Positions 58,903 to 64,000 of a DNA stretch of 64,000 nt are shown one piece after another. Every line of letters starts with the position of its first letter. Position 1 is the stretch's first letter. The notes below the pieces were generated by a model that had not been told where the DNA came from, made no database searches, and saw nothing but the letters and a program-made list of their open reading frames with translations. Source of the DNA: Octopus sinensis (Eukaryota); the NCBI RefSeq assembly GCF_006345805.1, contig NC_043014.1, positions 44,144,001-44,208,000 on the forward strand, in the 5' to 3' direction. The position numbers and the translations under genes were made by a program.

Positions 58903-59496
58903 TTACGAAACTTGGACAGCTAAAAAATTCGATATCAACCTCGGTATACACAACAGGATCAAAAGCATGATACTAATGATAAGGACGGCGATTGTAATCC
59001 AGTCATTCCGCAAACCGAAAACGATGGAAGCCGACACCAGATTACAAAAGGTACAGAAGAGACACAAGACGAGTCGGCGATTTGGTAAAATTGCTCTGCG
59101 TCTGGAAAACGGGATAACGATGCAGAAGATTATCAGCGAACAGACGCCTATAACCAGGTCTAAAGCGACACTCAGATACGAAAATATGTCATCTGGAACG
59201 TGGTGGAATACTTTCAGTATATGTACGATGCTGCAAGATAAACTCAACACAGACAACACCAGGTAATTAAGCAGATAGAACCAGTGAGTCCCGATAATGG
59301 TATTTCGCTGTGGGTTCGGATCTTGATCGTTGTGTTGACCTCTTAACGCCGTCATTTCTATGTTTTCCTCATTGTTGATGAATGACAGACGACGTGGCCT
59401 CTCATTCGCTGTTGGTGATAAATTGTTCACGCTTGGTTCACTGTTCAAATTCTCCATTGGGTTATTTTCTTCAGAATCGTTTCTCTCAAGAGACAT
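58903..59496 (-). CDS. Tetraspan family paralogue G9 (197 aa from MSLERNDSE)
   Basis: RPRRLSF..EENIEMTALRG, THWFYLL..LSLSCSI, RRRAILPNRRL, FCNLVSASIV. The start was chosen by alignment to the paralogues. Confidence 0.83.
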   Translation of the reverse strand: MSLERNDSEENNPMENLNSEPSVNNLSPTANERPRRLSFINNEENIEMTALRGQHNDQDPNPQRNTIIGTHWFYLLNYLVLSVLSLSCSIVHILKVFHHVPDDIFSYLSVALDLVIGVCSLIIFCIVIPFSRRRAILPNRRLVLCLFCTFCNLVSASIVFGLRNDWITIAVLIISIMLLILLCIPRLISNFLAVQVS

Positions 59497-59818
59497 ACTT
59501 CTTTTGTCAACTCTAGACCAACTTACACGAAAAAAATGAAATTGCCTCAGTCCGAAATCTGTTGATACTGTTCTGGCATCGTTTTGCATATATCCCCTCA
59601 AAAAACAATGGAAATTATGCAAATACTCACATGACCTTTTCTTTCTTTTTTTCTTGTTCAAAAAAGTTATATGAAATGAACTCCTCCGCCGTTTCACCTT
59701 TCGTATTATTAGTATTTTCTTTAGTCGTCCACAAATCCCTGCATGCAGGTAATTCTAATCTGCGACGCGGGTTCAATTCTTGGTGGAAACCATCAAACAT
59801 CGCGAAGTATTTTAACAC

Positions 59819-60236
59819 ACGGCGAGCTGGCAGAAACGTTAGCACGCCGGGCGAAATGCTTAGCGGTATTTCGTCTGCGTTACGTTGTGAGTTCAAATTC
59901 CGCCGAGGTCGACTTTGCCTTTCATCCTTTCGGGGTCGATAAATTAAGTACCAGTTACGCACTGGGGTCGATGTAATTGACTTAATACCTATGTCTGTCC
60001 TTGTTTGTTCTCTCTGTGTTTAGCCCCTTGTGGGTAGTAAAGAAATAGAAATAGGTATTTCGTCTGCGTTACGTTGTGAGTTCAAATTCCGCCGAGGTCG
60101 ACTTTGCCTTTCATCCTTTCGGGGTCGATAAATTAAGTACCAGTTACGCACTGGGGTCGATGTAATTGACTTAATACCTATGTCTGTCCTTGTTTGTCCC
60201 CTCTGTGTTCAGCCCCTAGTGGGTAATAAAGAAATA
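59819..60236 (+). mobile_element. SINE family A with a duplicated body
   Basis: The second body restarts at GGTATTTCGTC directly after the first tail. Confidence 0.85.
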
Positions 60237-60469
60237 GGTAATGTATGAACACCACAATCTCCCTGTTTCTCTTTCTTAACTACTTTGTACCCAGTCATAA
60301 AGAATCAGTATTACAAATGTGTTGAGAGTCGTAGAGAAAAGATTACCGTATTTTAACGAGTATAAGGAACTCCTTATTCTTTTCTTTTTTTTCTTTTTTT
60401 TGTCGAAAATTAGGTTTAAAAAATATGGGGGTTTCTTATACATGAATAGTATTATAATCGGATCTTTTC

Positions 60470-60885
60470 AGTTTGAACAGCAGTTTTTTCTAGCGGTGTC
60501 ATATGAAATTGTCACCCATAATTATGACCCTAGTATTGATCTATTGCATTTCAATCTATTTTAGGGTTGGGGTTAGAGTTAGGGTTAGGGGTGGGGGAAG
60601 GGTATCTTTTTTCTTCAGAAATGTAAATAAACCCAATCTGTTTCTTAAATGAGGGATATATTCATATGGCACAGAATGTTTTCATCTCAATAGACGTCAT
60701 TGATTGGTTGAAATTGCAGAAAATGAAGAAAAAAAACAAATATCTTACAAACTATAGAATTTTCTCAATAAAGCCAAGAGAAAAAGATGTATTATAAACA
60801 CATTCTACCAGTATACGAAGTTTAAAAGTGTTTTTAGTTACGTGGAAATTATTTTTTAAAACTGCCGTTCAAACCGAAAAGATCC
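60470..60885. mobile_element. Merlin-type MITE
   Basis: TIRs present; no TSD seen. Confidence 0.85.
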
Positions 60886-60919
60886 GGAAATTCATTTTCA
60901 CCATAAATCAATAAATATA

Positions 60920-61070
60920 ATTGGTTCTGGGTTCAGTCTCACTGAGTGGCACCTTAGGCAAATAAATGTCTTCTACTATAGCCTCAGGATGACCAAGGCC
61001 TTGTGAGTGGATTCGGTAGATGAAAACTGAAAAGAAAACTGCTGTGTGTGTGTGTGTGGGGGGGGGGGGG

Positions 61071-61105
<35 letters not shown>

Positions 61106-61207
61106 CACATGATTGCATGTGTGTGTGTGAATTTGAGTGTATGCATGATTACATGTGTGTGTGTTTGTGTGTGGGTGCACACGGGATTGCATGTATGAGA
61201 GTGTCTA

Positions 61208-61241
<34 letters not shown>

Positions 61242-62534
61242 TGTGTGTTTATGATTGTGCTACCACCACCACTTGGCAACTGGCGTTGGTGTGTTTCTGT
61301 CCCTGCAACTTAGAAGTTCAGCAAAAGATACCAATAGAATAAGTACCCAGTTTAAAAACTAAACAAGTACGGGGACCAATTCATTCTACTAAAAACTCTT
61401 CAAGGTGGTACTCCAGCATGGCCACAGTCTGATGACTGAAACAAGTAAAAGATAAAAGATAAATGATTAATCAAACCAGCTTGGGAGGCCCCACACAAGT
61501 CATGGGGATTGACCCTTCCTGCTGACTAACACCATAACAATAAAAAAGAAAAACCTTCAAACAAGGTATGAACATCATCACATCCCATTTCCCTTCCCAA
61601 TACACAAAAAAAAAAATCGATATAGGAAATCATGATTTTAAAAATATAAACACATTTGTATAATTTTATGGGTTAAATTTTTTGTCACATATTTTATAAT
61701 TTTTTTTTATTTCCACCCCTTTTTATTACACTCTGAATTGTTTTATAATTCCTTTTTATAATTCTAAAATTGTTTAAAAAATTGTAACGCAATTATATAT
61801 TATATCATAAAATTATAATCATTAAATTATATATATTAAAAAAATTATAATTATAAAATTGAAATTTCATGAAAACATAATTTTTATTATTTTCCCACCC
61901 TTTTCAAGTATTAAAAAGTACCCCCACACAATTAAATCAATTAGTCAATTAACTCTTCTCACTCAATAAATTAATTATTGTGAAATGACCAAAAACATAA
62001 CAGGAAGAAGTTTTTCTTCAAAAACAGTTGTCCAAACATACAAAACACTAATGGCTATCACCTAGATGTCCTCCAATCACAATACAAGGAAGTTAATAGG
62101 TAAAGTGGTGTGGCATAAAGGCACAGGTGTGGTTGTGTGATAAGAAGTTTCGCTTCCCAACCACATGGTTCTGGGTTCAACCCCAATACATGGCACTTTC
62201 GACAAGTGTCTTCTACCATATCTTCAGGCCAACCAAAGCCTTGTGAGTGGATTCAGAAGATGGAAACTGGAAGAAATCCATTGTGTGTGTGTGTATGTAT
62301 GTGTGTGCATATATATATATATATTATATATGTATTTGTATATATATATATATATATATATGCATAAATATGTGTATATATGTAAGTGGAGAGGCATGCA
62401 CATACACACACACACACACACACAAACATATAGATATATATATATATATATACATACATATATATATAGATATATATATATACATACATACATACATACA
62501 TATATATATATATATTATATATATATACACATAC

Positions 62535-62586
<52 letters not shown>

Positions 62587-62638
62587 CATACATATTATAT
62601 ATATATATACACATACATACATATATATATATATATAT

Positions 62639-62670
<32 letters not shown>

Positions 62671-63495
62671 ATACATATATATAGATACATATAAATACGT
62701 GTGTGTGTGTGTGTGAGTGTGTGTGCATTTGTCTTTGATCCTCTGAATCCTAGGAAGCAAGACAGTAATGTCCACAGGTTGATGATGATGATGATGAATC
62801 TTGACCAACCACACTTATCATGAAAAGCACTCCAGCCATGACCATCATGCTTTTTTTTAAGGATTTCTAAGACTACATTTGCAATGTATTCCCTTCGTTC
62901 TTTAAGAAAGCAGTGTGCGATTTGAGGGTGTTTTGCCTGCTATTCTAGCAGGACAAGCGACCATGTAGAAACTTCCTTATTGACATTTTAGTATTATTCC
63001 AGTTTGTGAATGATTCTTTTTATGTATATGAATGATGACCACATTGTAGGTATGTGTTTGTGTATGTGTATACATAGGCGCAGGAGTGGCTGAGTGGTAA
63101 GTAGCTTGCTAACCAACCTAATGGTTCCGGGTTCAGTCCCTCTGCATGGCACCTTGGGCAAGTGTCTTCTACAATAGCCTCGGGACGACCAAAGCCTTGT
63201 GAGTGGATTTGGTAGACGGAAACTGAAAGAAGCCTGTCGTATATATGTATATATATATATATATATGTGTGTGTATATGTTTGTGTGTGTTTGTGTTTGT
63301 CCCCCTAGCATTGCTTGACAACCGATGCTGGTGTGTTTATGTCCCCGTTACTTAGCGGTTTGGCAAAAGAGACCGATAGAATAAGTACTGGGCTTACAAA
63401 AGAATAAGTCCCGGGGTCAAGTTGCTCGATTAAAGGCGGTGCTCCAGCATGGCCGCAGTCAAATGACTGAAACAAGTAAAAGAGTAAAAGAGTAT
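60920..63495 (+). mobile_element. Three SINE family C copies (60920-61460, 62125-62290, 63077-63495) with expanded (TG)n/(TA)n microsatellites (62290-62730)
   Basis: CORE-like ACCTTGGGCAAGTGTCTTCTAC, internal microsatellite and tail GACTGAAACAAGTAAAAGA. Confidence 0.8.
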
Positions 63496-63503
63496 ATGTG
63501 TTT

Positions 63504-63543
<40 letters not shown>

Positions 63544-63576
63544 ATGTGTGTGTTCTATTACTTTCCTTTCAATGGT

Positions 63577-63999
63577 TCAAGCCTTTTCGCAGATAGCCTT
63601 GTGACCGTTCTTCCATGACAATTTTTGACACTTCGTCGAACAATACCAGGCCTTTTTGCATCGACTGCAAACGGCAAACTTTTTACCTTCCGGTGCTTTC
63701 TTTTGACAATTGGTGCAAACATCCGAGTCGGTCCCTTCGAACTCGCAGCGCCGACATTGACACCAGAAATGAAAAGACCGGTAGAGCCAAGCACGGCGTA
63801 ACTTCTGTTGCATCGCCGTGTCTATGTAGGTGATGTGGATCTCCTCTCCCTTGCTAATGGGCCTCCGAGCCATCACCCAGATCCCTGGCCGACCAAGAAC
63901 CTCCCCGTCTAATATATCAGCGTTGTTATCACAAGAGTGGTTTGTGCATGCATGTAGTGGGAAGAGACTGGCCAGAGATGCATGTGGTGGTTTTTTCTC
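63577..63999 (-). CDS. 3' end of a SET-domain lysine methyltransferase-like gene (SET C-terminus, post-SET, C-terminal MYND finger); 5' part is outside the window
   Basis: The frame is open from the window edge: LFPLHACTNHSC..ARRPISKGEEIHITYID..FWCQCRRC, then CTNC..CSRCKKAWYCSTKCQKLSWKNGHKAIC. Confidence 0.85.
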   Translation of the reverse strand, partial: EKKPPHASLASLFPLHACTNHSCDNNADILDGEVLGRPGIWVMARRPISKGEEIHITYIDTAMQQKLRRAWLYRSFHFWCQCRRCEFEGTDSDVCTNCQKKAPEGKKFAVCSRCKKAWYCSTKCQKLSWKNGHKAICEKA

Positions 64000-64000
64000 G

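Noticed and set aside
59497-59697. 67-aa N-terminal extension of G9 in the ORF track
   Set aside because: It translates the conserved non-coding upstream block and has no counterpart in the paralogues. The 11-aa extension of G7 is rejected for the same reason.
62137-62728. Many YI/HT/CV-rich ORFs (also at 29285-29797, 37721-38777 and 39595-39995)
   Set aside because: Stop-free frames through (TA)n/(CA)n microsatellites inside SINEs.

Overview
AT-rich eukaryotic DNA, most likely a cephalopod (Octopus-like); this is inferred from the SINE and microsatellite landscape and is not verified. The backbone is a tandem array of nine intact paralogues of an unidentified four-transmembrane protein family (7 on +, 2 on -), each with an uninterrupted coding region. 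At least seven decayed copies are interspersed, and most copies keep the same ~250-bp upstream block. The TM modules are clearly homologous. The predicted cytoplasmic N-tails have independently expanded different tandem repeats: a 14-aa YxxL/I/V (YEEI-type) repeat, a 17-aa YxxM repeat and a 6-aa ERLEGA repeat. The array is heavily invaded by mobile DNA: ORF1-only 'half-LINE' elements of three lineages, Tx1/L1-like, RTE and CR1-like LINE fragments, three tRNA-derived SINE families, and Merlin transposon relics with their MITEs (8-bp TSDs). There are also hAT, mariner and Helitron-like MITEs and many mini- and microsatellites. The 3' part of a SET/post-SET/MYND gene enters at the right edge. No true tRNA, rRNA or CRISPR array was found. 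Family names come from motif recognition only, and repeat boundaries are approximate.
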